Counted from the first letter of the stretch, positions 1 to 8,618 are shown. The stretch: DNA of 20,000 nt from an uncultured virus (IMG/VR IMGVR_UViG_3300036546_000271) (IMGVR_UViG_3300036546_000271), one strand, 5' to 3'. Notes: generated by a model from the sequence alone, not told the origin. Program-made: numbers and translations.

Positions 1-651
1 AATGCTGGTACAACAGCAACACAAAGAGCAAAACAAATGTGTAGAGATTGGGGGATACCTATAGGTAATTTTGCTGATACAGGTATCCCTCTGTCAAAAA
101 CGCCACCGAAAATAGATACAATTTATGGCATGATGCTGGATGATTTAAGAGAGACCGCTGAAAAAGGAGGCGGTCTTTTTAGATATCGAATGCAAAATAA
201 ATTAGACTTAATCCAGATAGGCAGCAATGAAGTTGTCCACGATATAAGTGAAGTGTTAGAAAATATAGGTCAACTTGGCAGTCTTGAAGGAGCTATATCT
301 AAAGTCAAAGTTCTTGGAAAAAAAGAAGAAGGAACAAAATCTCCAGTGCTTGGTGTTTTTGAAAAAGACACAGACAAAATAGGCACCTTGCAAAAAGTTA
401 TCCAGGATGAAAAAATCCAAGATGTTGGCACTGCCAAAAATAAAGCCGAAGCTTTGTTTTCTAGAGGCGAAGGAAGGATAACGGTAAGAGGAACAGATAT
501 TCCAGATATAAGAGCCGGAGATAAGGTTAAAATTAATGGTTTTTATGTGTATGTAACTAGTGTAGTACACAAACTTGGCGAACCAGGAAGCATGGAACTA
601 GCACTAGAGTCTATAGAACAGATAAGGAGGAAGTACTATGCAGATAGTTGA
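1..651 (+). CDS. Baseplate hub protein, XkdQ/YqbQ-like (5' partial)
   Basis: Frame is open from base 1. C-terminal 'IRAGDKVKING..YVTSVVHKL..MELAL' is typical of XkdQ-like hubs. Lies upstream of XkdR/S/T/U-like genes. Confidence 0.75.
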   Translation, partial: NAGTTATQRAKQMCRDWGIPIGNFADTGIPLSKTPPKIDTIYGMMLDDLRETAEKGGGLFRYRMQNKLDLIQIGSNEVVHDISEVLENIGQLGSLEGAISKVKVLGKKEEGTKSPVLGVFEKDTDKIGTLQKVIQDEKIQDVGTAKNKAEALFSRGEGRITVRGTDIPDIRAGDKVKINGFYVYVTSVVHKLGEPGSMELALESIEQIRRKYYADS

Positions 652-1045
652 TGAAATAGCAAGAGAATTGAATAAAAAGCAAAAAAGTGCCATAGGAAAA
701 GCCTTGTTCAACACTGGTCTAGTGCTAGGAACTGTGACTGGTCCTAATAAAGTAAAATTGGATAATTTCAAATATGAAGTGACTTGTTTGTTTTTAGAAT
801 ATGTGACCAGAAAACACAAACGAATTGTAACGATATCTCACGACGAAATGACAGAAAGAGATTTAGGAGATAAAACAGAATATGATTACTTAGACACAGA
901 TGACAAAGCTCCCCCATACACAAGTTATAAGCATAGTTTTGTGGAGTTGAAGTTTGAGGATGTTCTAAAGGCAGGAGATAGAGTCCTGGTAGCCGTTGTT
1001 AACAACGGTTCTGATCATGTCGTGTTGGGGAGGGTTGCAGAATGA
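638..1045 (+). CDS. Baseplate spike-like protein, XkdR/DUF2577-like
   Basis: 'LGTVTGP' and 'LKAGDRVLVA...HVVLGRV' motifs, AGGAGG RBS, synteny. Confidence 0.7.
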   Translation: MQIVDEIARELNKKQKSAIGKALFNTGLVLGTVTGPNKVKLDNFKYEVTCLFLEYVTRKHKRIVTISHDEMTERDLGDKTEYDYLDTDDKAPPYTSYKHSFVELKFEDVLKAGDRVLVAVVNNGSDHVVLGRVAE

Positions 1046-1506
1046 CAAACCTCTTTCCGGAAAATATGGATTTTGAAATAACAGATATGACAGAAAGCGA
1101 AAGTGAAAGTGTTGAAAATTTCAAAAAAACATATGCTTTTGACTTTGAAAAAGGAGATTTTATAAGAGGACCAGATGGAAAAATCATTTTAGTGAACAGA
1201 CTCGAGGCATACAAGCAATGGTGTCAAAAGGTGCTACTAACAAAGAGAGGTAAACACCTTTCGTATACGCACCTTTATGGCCAAGAATACTACAAATTAA
1301 TCGGACAAGATATCAGTAAATCAGCAATAGAACTAGAGGTTGAAAGAATGACCAGGGAAGCTCTTATGGTCCATCCATATACTAAAAAAGTTGAAAATTT
1401 TGATTTTGAATGGGATAAAAACGAAGAAATCTTATATTTCACTTTTGATGTTATGACAGTTATGGATGAGCTGTTTACTATTGAGCATGTAGAAGAAATG
1501 AGGTGA
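1042..1506 (+). CDS. Baseplate wedge protein, XkdS/DUF2634-like
   Basis: 'YAFDFEKGDF', 'KQWCQKVLLTKRG..YG' and 'EALMVHP' motifs. Immediately precedes baseplate J. Confidence 0.8.
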   Translation: MTNLFPENMDFEITDMTESESESVENFKKTYAFDFEKGDFIRGPDGKIILVNRLEAYKQWCQKVLLTKRGKHLSYTHLYGQEYYKLIGQDISKSAIELEVERMTREALMVHPYTKKVENFDFEWDKNEEILYFTFDVMTVMDELFTIEHVEEMR

Positions 1507-1510
1507 TGAA

Positions 1511-2641
1511 ATGGAAAGAGAATTAAAAATGCCGGATTTTCTTCAAGAGGACGCTGATACCATCCATAATAGAATGCTAGAAAACGCACCCCTAGATATT
1601 AACCTTGTGGAAGGTGATTTTTTTTGGGATGCAACAAGACCTACTGCAGAAGAAAAAGCAGAACTTCTACAGATAAAGCTTCAAAATATATTAAAACTTG
1701 CATTTCCTCAAACAAGTTACGGACAGTATCTAGATTTTTTAGGAGAATTTAAAGATGTATACAGGAAGCCTCCCACTAAGGCAACTGGATACATAAAAGT
1801 AACTGGTAGCATTGGAGCGTATATGCCAAAGGATACGATTATATATACAGAGTCGTATGACGGACCTTCTATAGGATTTGTAGTTTTAGAATCTACGGAA
1901 GTAGATGAAAATGGAGAGGCGATGGTTAAAGTTGAATGCACAGAACCAGGAGTGATTGGCAATGTAGCTTCAAATACAATTAAAATACCAGAAAAAGATA
2001 TTCCTGGCATAAAAACAATAACTAATCCGGAGTCTTTAACAGGAGGAACAGGAGAAGAAGACGACGAGGCTTTTAGAGAAAGAGTATTAGCTGCCTATGA
2101 TGAAAGTCTAAGTGGATCAGATAGCGATTATAAAAGATGGGCCTTACAGGTACCAGGAGTCGGGCAAGCATACGTCATTTCAGAATGGGAAGGTTTTGGA
2201 ACTGGAACAACTAAGCTTCTTATAATGGACTCTAATGGGCAACCTGCGAATGAAACATTGATATCACAGGTGCAAGAATATATAGCTCCACTGGTAGAAA
2301 AAAATAGAGGAGGCTTAGCTCCTGTAAATGCAAATGTAACTGTATCAGCACCAGATGTAATTATTATAAATATATCTGTAAGTCTAATCTTTAAAGATGG
2401 TTACGAAAATTCTGCAGTCATTGAAAACTTGAAAGAAAATATAAAAGAATACCTTAGCACAATTGAAATAACAACTGATGATGAGAATGCTGAATATGTC
2501 TATAAAGAAGCTATAGGACATGTCATATTGAGTACACCAGGTGTAAAAATATATAGCAACTTAACAATTAACGGAGGAACAGATCCAATATTAGTGCCTT
2601 TAGGAGAAGTTCCAGCTTTAGGAGAGGTGTCTATATTATGA
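1511..2641 (+). CDS. Baseplate J/gp47 family protein (XkdT-like)
   Basis: 'EGDFFWDATRP', 'VECTEPGVIGNV', 'GGTGEEDDEAFRERVL' and 'DYKRWALQVPGVG' are hallmark baseplate J motifs. Confidence 0.9.
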   Translation: MERELKMPDFLQEDADTIHNRMLENAPLDINLVEGDFFWDATRPTAEEKAELLQIKLQNILKLAFPQTSYGQYLDFLGEFKDVYRKPPTKATGYIKVTGSIGAYMPKDTIIYTESYDGPSIGFVVLESTEVDENGEAMVKVECTEPGVIGNVASNTIKIPEKDIPGIKTITNPESLTGGTGEEDDEAFRERVLAAYDESLSGSDSDYKRWALQVPGVGQAYVISEWEGFGTGTTKLLIMDSNGQPANETLISQVQEYIAPLVEKNRGGLAPVNANVTVSAPDVIIINISVSLIFKDGYENSAVIENLKENIKEYLSTIEITTDDENAEYVYKEAIGHVILSTPGVKIYSNLTINGGTDPILVPLGEVPALGEVSIL

Positions 2642-3435
2642 TAACTTCTTCTAAAGGAAAACAAATGTTTCAAGCAGTAAGTCCTATATATTATCAATCG
2701 ATTATAATGCAATCTATTTTTCAAGTCATAGGAACAGAATGGGAAGATATAGATAAAATAGTAGACGAGATATTATTGCAGTTATTCCCACAAACAGCTA
2801 CTTGGGGTTTAAGGTATTGGGAGGAACTTTTAAATATACCAGCAAACGAATCAATTCCCATAGAAAAAAGAAGATCCTTAGTAATGACTAGAATAAAACT
2901 CAGAGCACCAATGACACCAGCAAGAATATCAAGTGCAGTAAAATCTTTAGCGGGTCAAATTGCAGATTTTGTAGAGGTAGTCGAAAACGTTGAACCTCAT
3001 GTATTTAGAGTTGTTCTAGGAGCTAAAGAAAGCGGGATTGATTACTTAAGCATTTATAGAGAGATAAAAAGAATAAAACCCTCTCATGAAAGCTTCTATT
3101 TAGGTAATAGCTACCTAAGATCCTTTAGTTTGAATGGAAAGTATATACGTGGTTTTTCTAAAATTCAACATACAATAGGTACATTTGTATGCAGTAAAGA
3201 TGATGTTGAATTTTTAGCCACAAAAGGATATAGAAGAGTTGAGGATATCACAATAGAGAAAAACAGAATATATGGAACATCGGATCCTTTGGTATGTAGC
3301 GAAAAATTAATACACACAACCGAAGGTTTTTTAGATAAAAGCATAATGGACCAGCAAGTGAGTAGCTCAACTGGAACCTCAAACCCTTTGGTTTGTAGTA
3401 AGAACCTCAAGTATACAAGAATAGAGGTGGTGTAA
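2638..3435 (+). CDS. Tail/baseplate protein XkdU/YmfQ (DUF2313)-like with extended C-terminus
   Basis: 'QLFPQTATWGLRYWEELLNI' and 'IKPSH' motifs. Follows baseplate J with ATGA overlap. Confidence 0.8.
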   Translation: MITSSKGKQMFQAVSPIYYQSIIMQSIFQVIGTEWEDIDKIVDEILLQLFPQTATWGLRYWEELLNIPANESIPIEKRRSLVMTRIKLRAPMTPARISSAVKSLAGQIADFVEVVENVEPHVFRVVLGAKESGIDYLSIYREIKRIKPSHESFYLGNSYLRSFSLNGKYIRGFSKIQHTIGTFVCSKDDVEFLATKGYRRVEDITIEKNRIYGTSDPLVCSEKLIHTTEGFLDKSIMDQQVSSSTGTSNPLVCSKNLKYTRIEVV

Positions 3436-3734
3436 TGAATAATTATGGAATTCAAAGAATTTTAGACAGTATAGAGCTGATGGTTAAAGAGGCAAGGGTA
3501 ACATTTTCTGATGGCAACAAAGAAATGATCCCTATAAGGAAAGTAGAAAGAGAAAATGAAACTATAAGAATATTTTTCTACATCCCTGCAGAGCAAACCG
3601 CTCAAACTATAACAAGAGTAGAGCTCATAGATAATAGAGGTTCGGTTATAGATGAACAGACTGATGTAGTTGAAAAAGCTAAAAGGCAAGGTTTTATGAC
3701 TGCTTTTGAATACACGTATAGCGAGGTGAATTAG
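3435..3734 (+). CDS. Hypothetical tail-associated protein
   Basis: 99-aa ORF translationally coupled (TAATG) in the tail operon, GAGGTGG RBS. Confidence 0.6.
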   Translation: MNNYGIQRILDSIELMVKEARVTFSDGNKEMIPIRKVERENETIRIFFYIPAEQTAQTITRVELIDNRGSVIDEQTDVVEKAKRQGFMTAFEYTYSEVN

Positions 3735-4172
3735 ATGTACGATATTATCAAGTGGTATGATGAAGTAAAAGACCAAAACGGAAATCTTTTACAAGAAGGA
3801 ACTTTGCATGATGAAGTCAATATGAACCGTATGGAAGAAGGGATATACCAAGCGAATCTATTGGCTTCAATGTTAGTTCAAAAAGAGCTTCAACAGAAAA
3901 AAGTATTAGCAGCATTGGAAGGAGAGACGGGTCAAATTACTTTGACTAATAGCGAAACATTTCCTTTCAATAATTCCGTTCAGACTATAGCAATGGAAAA
4001 GCAGAGAGATGCTTTGGACTATAGAGTTTCTGTTGAAGTTATATCTAGTGATGGTGTTGTTGGAGATATCATAATCTCTGATAAGCAGCTAAATGGTTTT
4101 AAAATCGAATACACAGGTAGTGCTACAAGTGCAACTATTAAATATTACGTCCAAGGAGGCATGTATCAATAA
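3735..4172 (+). CDS. Hypothetical tail fibre/adaptor-like protein
   Basis: 145 aa, abuts the previous stop. N-terminal 'W.D...QEGT...NMNRMEEGI' resembles fibre N-termini. C-terminus is beta-rich. Confidence 0.55.
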   Translation: MYDIIKWYDEVKDQNGNLLQEGTLHDEVNMNRMEEGIYQANLLASMLVQKELQQKKVLAALEGETGQITLTNSETFPFNNSVQTIAMEKQRDALDYRVSVEVISSDGVVGDIIISDKQLNGFKIEYTGSATSATIKYYVQGGMYQ

Positions 4173-4336
4173 TGGCTAATGTTATACTTAAAAGCGATGA
4201 TAGAAAACAAAGAGAAAGACAAATTTTAAAGGATTTTGGATATAGTTCTAATACAGCTAGTAAAGAAGCTAGAGAAAAAGCTGAATATATAGCAGAAAAA
4301 ACTATGGAAATCAAGAAAAGTTGGGGGTGTAAGTAG
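4172..4336 (+). CDS. Small hypothetical protein (54 aa; not in ORF track)
   Basis: ATG at 4172 overlaps the upstream TAA, AGGAGG RBS upstream. Reads MANVILKSDDRKQRERQILKDFG...KSWGCK, with TAG abutting the next ATG (4337). Confidence 0.7.
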   Translation: MANVILKSDDRKQRERQILKDFGYSSNTASKEAREKAEYIAEKTMEIKKSWGCK

Positions 4337-4666
4337 ATGAATGTGATTGAAAAAAATGCAGGTCCTAAGATTGAATATAAACAAGAAAGTGAAAGCATAA
4401 TTTCATTTAGAGATGAATTATTTTTAAATCTTGAAAAATGCGAAAGAGACTATCCTGTGCAAATTGATATATGTGAAAATGAAGATGGAATACTAACTAC
4501 AGGCATTTCAAAGAAATATATAGCTCAAATAGAAATACCAGCACGAAAATACAGTGAAATTCCAATACAAGAAACAGGAACTGAAATCGAGGGAGAATCA
4601 ATAAAGCTCGAGCCAGTTCCTTTTTCAATGGACAATATAATATTAACATTATGGGCGATAAAATAA
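4337..4666 (+). CDS. Hypothetical protein upstream of DGR target
   Basis: 109-aa acidic ORF, GGGGG RBS, coupled to its neighbours. Confidence 0.65.
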   Translation: MNVIEKNAGPKIEYKQESESIISFRDELFLNLEKCERDYPVQIDICENEDGILTTGISKKYIAQIEIPARKYSEIPIQETGTEIEGESIKLEPVPFSMDNIILTLWAIK

Positions 4667-4678
4667 GGAGGTTATAAC

Positions 4679-5743
4679 ATGAATTATGATATGCTAAAAC
4701 TTGCGGTAGAAGGACTTAGTGGAGGAAAAAACACTATTTTGTTAGATGATAGAGGTATGCCAAGCTTTATGGTTAGATTTCCTAAATTAAAAGATTCTGA
4801 CCTGGTAGATGGTGCTACGCAGGATACTCACGATGCATTTATAGTCGATGGTGTAGAAAAAGACTTTTTCTATGTTTCTAAATACCAAAACATAGTAAAA
4901 GATGATAGAGCATACAGTTTGCCACTAATGGATCCAAGGGTATATGTGAACTTTGACCAGGCTAAAAACTATTCCGAAAACAAAGGATTAGGATGGCATC
5001 TTATGACAAATGCCGAGAGAGCAGCTATAGCTTTATGGTGTAAAAAGAACGGTTTTATGCCTCGTGGGAATAACGATTATGGCAAAGACGTATCTGCCCC
5101 TCATGAAAAAGGTATTGTTACTTATAAATATACAAGTGGTGAGACTGAATTAGATGGTAGAGTTGCTACTGGTTCTGGCCCTGCAAGTTGGGCACATGAC
5201 GGTACAACAGATGGAATCTATGATTTAAACGGGAACGTCTGGGAATGGTTTGGAGGCTACAGACTTGTAGATGGGGAAATTCAAATCATCCCATATAATA
5301 ATGCTGCTATGCAAGTAAATCAAGATCCAGATAGCACTCTTTGGAAAGCGATTATGCCAGACGGTTCATTAGTTGAACCAGGAACAGCTGGAACTCTTAA
5401 ATACGACGCAACTAATGCAGATGGCAGTGGTGGAATTCAAATTGGAACAGATGTTGTTAATCAAACAACTGGAGACCCATATGCAGCTCAAACATTAGAA
5501 ACTATAGCTGCAAAATCTGGAATTACAATACCAAATATCATGAAAACTTTAGCTTTAGCTCCTATAGACTCTGACCACGGAGGAGATTACCTGTATATGA
5601 GAAACCTTGGAGAGAGACTTCCGTCTTTCGGTGGCTGCTGGCACAGCGGTTCTTGGGCTGGTGTGTTTGCGGTGTACCTCCCCCACCCTCGCTCGTACTC
5701 CCTCAGCAGTATCGGTTTCCGCTCCGCTTATATTGAACTGTAA
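4679..5743 (+). CDS. DGR target protein; Mtd-like putative receptor-binding protein with C-type lectin (FGE-sulfatase-like) fold
   Basis: 'GIYDLNGNVWEW' and terminal 'GG.W....AGVF.......RS.S..SIGFRSA' match CLec/FGE-type DGR targets. The 3' end carries the VR. Located at the end of the tail module. Confidence 0.9.
   Translation: MNYDMLKLAVEGLSGGKNTILLDDRGMPSFMVRFPKLKDSDLVDGATQDTHDAFIVDGVEKDFFYVSKYQNIVKDDRAYSLPLMDPRVYVNFDQAKNYSENKGLGWHLMTNAERAAIALWCKKNGFMPRGNNDYGKDVSAPHEKGIVTYKYTSGETELDGRVATGSGPASWAHDGTTDGIYDLNGNVWEWFGGYRLVDGEIQIIPYNNAAMQVNQDPDSTLWKAIMPDGSLVEPGTAGTLKYDATNADGSGGIQIGTDVVNQTTGDPYAAQTLETIAAKSGITIPNIMKTLALAPIDSDHGGDYLYMRNLGERLPSFGGCWHSGSWAGVFAVYLPHPRSYSLSSIGFRSAYIEL
5618..5728 (+). 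repeat. DGR variable repeat (VR), 111 bp
   Basis: Ungapped match to 6186-6296 with 14 mismatches, each opposite an A in TR. Confidence 0.97.
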
Positions 5744-5773
5744 TCTGAAATCTGTAAAACTGATAATCTGAGT

Positions 5774-5793
5774 AGTCCTGCGATAGCAGGGCT
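5774..5793 (+). promoter_or_regulatory. DGR target-recognition hairpin/cruciform
   Basis: AGTCCTGC-GATA-GCAGGGCT: 8-bp stem (one G-T pair) with a GRNA-type 4-nt loop, about 45 bp downstream of VR. Confidence 0.75.
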
Positions 5794-5818
5794 TTATATA
5801 GCATTGGAGGTTGCAATA

Positions 5819-6160
5819 TTGAAGCAAGATTTCAAGATACTTCAAAAAACTTATGACATGATACTTTATGGCAATATATGTTTAAAGCAGTTTCCGAAAT
5901 TTGAAAAACACGTAATGTCAGCGGATATACGAAGTTCCATGTACAAATTATTAAACCTTATAGTTAGAGCTAATAAAAAATATTACAAGAAAACTACTTT
6001 ACAAGATATAGATATAGAACTAGAAGTTTTAAGAACATATATAAGACTTGCAGCGGATCCAAAACTAAAATATTTACCGCTTAAGAAATATGAAAATTGG
6101 AGCAAAATGCTTAACGAGATTGGTAGAATGTTAGGAGGGTGGATGAAATCCACTAAATAG
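5819..6160 (+). CDS. avd: DGR accessory variability determinant (four-helix bundle)
   Basis: Basic protein with 'QFPKFEK', 'LQDIDIELEVLRTYIRLA' and 'EIGRMLGGW', between VR and TR. TTG at 5819 chosen over 5804 because GGAGG lies at 5806-5810. Confidence 0.92.
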   Translation: MKQDFKILQKTYDMILYGNICLKQFPKFEKHVMSADIRSSMYKLLNLIVRANKKYYKKTTLQDIDIELEVLRTYIRLAADPKLKYLPLKKYENWSKMLNEIGRMLGGWMKSTK

Positions 6161-6169
6161 GTATAATAT

Positions 6170-6443
6170 GGGGAATGGATCGTAACTTCCGTATTTCGGT
6201 GGCAACTGGAACAACGGTTCTAGGGCTGGTGTGTTTGCGGTGAACCTCAACAACCCTCGCTCGAACTCCAACAACAGTATCGGTTTCCGCTCCGCTCATT
6301 TTCATAGTCAGAAGGCAAGCGGCTCAAGGGCACTTGTTCAGCACATGAAAATAAGGGGTCCATTTCCCTGCCGATAAGGCAAAAAATTATATTGCTATGA
6401 AAACAGTTAGTAGGTTAATTCTCGAAAGGTGTTACACATAGCA
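6170..6443 (+). ncRNA. Putative structured DGR template RNA (TR plus flanks/spacer)
   Basis: 6170-6181 can pair with 6357-6368. Further stems at 6298-6305/6345-6352, 6369-6381 and 6393-6399/6437-6443. Boundaries are inferred. Confidence 0.55.
6186..6296 (+). repeat. DGR template repeat (TR), 111 bp
   Basis: Non-coding copy of VR with 9 in-frame AAC triplets and 22 adenines, between avd and RT. Confidence 0.97.
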
Positions 6444-6472
6444 TTTAAATACAACATGGAGATGACGAGAAA

Positions 6473-7612
6473 ATGAAAAGATATGGCAATATATATAAAC
6501 AAATATATGATTTCGAAAATTTGTACCAGGCCTATTTAGAGGCAAGAAAAAACAAAAGGTACAGAGCTGACGTTTTAGAATTTAGTGCAAACTTAGAAGA
6601 AAACCTCATAGAAATTCAAAATGAATTGATATGGAAAGAATATGAGGTTGGAAGATATAGAGAGTTCTATGTATATGAACCTAAAAAAAGGCTTATAATG
6701 GCACTCCCTTTTAAGGACAGAGTGGTTCAATGGGCGATTTATAGAGTATTAAACCCAATATTTAATAAAACCTTTATAGAGCATAGTTATGCATGCAGAA
6801 AATGGAAAGGAACTCACAAAGCAGCAGATAAATTGCAGGATTGGCTTAGGAAACTAGATAGAAAACCAATTAAACACTACTATCTCAAAATGGATATATC
6901 AAAATATTTCTACAGAGTAGATCATGACGTTGCATTAAATATCCTTGAAAGAAAAATAAAAGATAAAGACGTGATTTGGCTGCTAGAAAAGATTATCAAG
7001 AGCAAACAAAAGCCATTTGGATTGCCATTGGGTATGGAGCCTGGAGATTGCCCTAAGCATATGAGGTTGTATAACAAAGGAATGCCTATAGGCAATCTAA
7101 CAAGCCAGCTCCTGGCAAACATATATCTCAATGAACTGGATCAATTCTGTAAACACGACCTAAGGATTAAGTATTACATCAGATATATGGATGACTTTAT
7201 TATTTTACACCATGATAAGAAATATTTACACAGGTTAAAAGTGGAAATAGAAAGCTTTTTAAACAGCCAACTTAAACTGCATCTCAATAAAAAGACTTGC
7301 ATTAGGCCTATAAGCTTAGGCATAGAGTTTGTAGGTTTTAAAATATGGCCAACCCATAGGAAATTAAAGAAAAAATCGGCTATCAAAATGAAAAGAAGAC
7401 TTAGGTATTTAAAGAAGGCATATGCCAGAGGGGAGGTTGCTTTAGATGAAATAAATGCAAGCATACAAAGTTATTTAGGGATACTGCAACATTGTAATAG
7501 TTATTCTCTCAAAAAGTCTATTTTTAAAGACTTGATTTTTACAAAGGACAAAATAAAAGAGTTCGCTAATAAAGGTATAGAGCAAGAAAACTCCAGTGGC
7601 TCACAAACATAA
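6473..7612 (+). CDS. DGR reverse transcriptase
   Basis: 'YIRYMDDF' catalytic motif, DGR-type 'GMPIGNLTSQ' motif, 'KDRVVQ', 'LKMDISKYF'. 379 aa with no maturase or endonuclease domain. Confidence 0.97.
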   Translation: MKRYGNIYKQIYDFENLYQAYLEARKNKRYRADVLEFSANLEENLIEIQNELIWKEYEVGRYREFYVYEPKKRLIMALPFKDRVVQWAIYRVLNPIFNKTFIEHSYACRKWKGTHKAADKLQDWLRKLDRKPIKHYYLKMDISKYFYRVDHDVALNILERKIKDKDVIWLLEKIIKSKQKPFGLPLGMEPGDCPKHMRLYNKGMPIGNLTSQLLANIYLNELDQFCKHDLRIKYYIRYMDDFIILHHDKKYLHRLKVEIESFLNSQLKLHLNKKTCIRPISLGIEFVGFKIWPTHRKLKKKSAIKMKRRLRYLKKAYARGEVALDEINASIQSYLGILQHCNSYSLKKSIFKDLIFTKDKIKEFANKGIEQENSSGSQT

Positions 7613-7626
7613 ATTGGAGGTGTATT

Positions 7627-7881
7627 ATGGACCAGACGCTTTGTAACGAAAAACATAAAAGAATTGAAGAAAGATTGGAAATACAAGATAGAAGATTAAA
7701 CAATCACTCGGAAAGACTTGATAAAATAGAACAGCTTCAATCAAGGACAGAGGCTCAAATTTCTAGTCTCTGCGACCAAATCAAGTCACTTGTTACAACA
7801 ATGAGGTGGTTTATAGGATTGTTAGTAGGAGCTTTTGTAAGCTTCTTTTTTTATGCAGTTCAACAAAGTCTTTTTAAATAG
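7627..7881 (+). CDS. XhlA-like (hemolysin family) lysis membrane protein
   Basis: N-terminal coiled coil 'RLNNHSERLDKIEQ' plus one C-terminal TM helix 'WFIGLLVGAFVSFFFY'. First gene of the lysis cassette. Confidence 0.8.
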   Translation: MDQTLCNEKHKRIEERLEIQDRRLNNHSERLDKIEQLQSRTEAQISSLCDQIKSLVTTMRWFIGLLVGAFVSFFFYAVQQSLFK

Positions 7882-7893
7882 GAGGTTTTGAAA

Positions 7894-8604
7894 ATGAAAG
7901 TGATTATAGACCCAGGGCACGGAGGGAAGGATCCTGGTGGTGGAAGTAATAACTATTGGTTAGAAAAAGATAAAACATTAGAAATATCGTTATATCAATT
8001 GAAAAGACTCAAAGAGCTTGGGATAGATGTAGAAATCACAAGAGATAAAGACATATATTTAGGCCCTACTGAAAGAACAAAGATAGTAAGAAATTCTAAT
8101 GCCGACATATGCATTTCAAACCATATAAATGCAGGAGGCGGTGAAGGTGCTGAAACGATACACAGTATTTTTTCAGATGGCAAGTTGGCAACTATCATTC
8201 TGAATAAAATGGTGGCTGCAGGACAGAAAAAAAGAAGAGTCTTTTGCAAAAAAAGCTCAAGATGGCCTGGAAAGGACTATTATTACATGCACAGGCAAAC
8301 TGGCAATGTGGAAACTGTTATAGTAGAGTATGGGTTCGCAGACAATGAAAATGATACAGAAAGAATAAAAAAGCATTGGAAAGAATATGCTGAGGCAGTT
8401 ATTAGAGCCATATGTCAATATGCAGATATTCCATACTCAAATCAGGCTAAAGAAGATAAAGCAGATGGACCGAGTCCGTGGGCTAAGGAAGCTTGGGAAA
8501 AATCTATTAGGATAGGTCTAAATGATGGAGCAGGAGCTAAAAATCCTGTAACAGAAGAGCAACTTATGGTTTTCTTCGATAGACTTGGGCTATTAGACAG
8601 ATAA
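7894..8604 (+). CDS. Endolysin, N-acetylmuramoyl-L-alanine amidase (Amidase_3) with C-terminal SLH-like segment
   Basis: 'IDPGHGGKDPG', 'EK', 'SNHINAGGGEGAE', 'VIVEYGF'. C-terminal 'WAKEAWEK...NPVTEEQL'. ATG at 7894 fits the AGGAGG RBS. Confidence 0.92.
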   Translation: MKVIIDPGHGGKDPGGGSNNYWLEKDKTLEISLYQLKRLKELGIDVEITRDKDIYLGPTERTKIVRNSNADICISNHINAGGGEGAETIHSIFSDGKLATIILNKMVAAGQKKRRVFCKKSSRWPGKDYYYMHRQTGNVETVIVEYGFADNENDTERIKKHWKEYAEAVIRAICQYADIPYSNQAKEDKADGPSPWAKEAWEKSIRIGLNDGAGAKNPVTEEQLMVFFDRLGLLDR

Positions 8605-8618
8605 AGGGGTGATTGCAA

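Larger units (their letters stand above)
4679..7612 (+). mobile_element. Diversity-generating retroelement cassette (target-VR, hairpin, avd, TR, RT)
   Basis: All canonical components are present in the BPP-1-like order. Confidence 0.96.

Noticed and set aside
6162..6167. Dedicated TR promoter (TATAAT right after avd stop)
   Set aside because: No recognisable -35 or TG extension, and the hexamer is common in AT-rich DNA.
6473..7612. Group II intron, retron or Abi reverse transcriptase
   Set aside because: Short RT with SQ motif, adjacent avd and a TR/VR pair identify a DGR. No maturase/HNH domain or intron ends seen.
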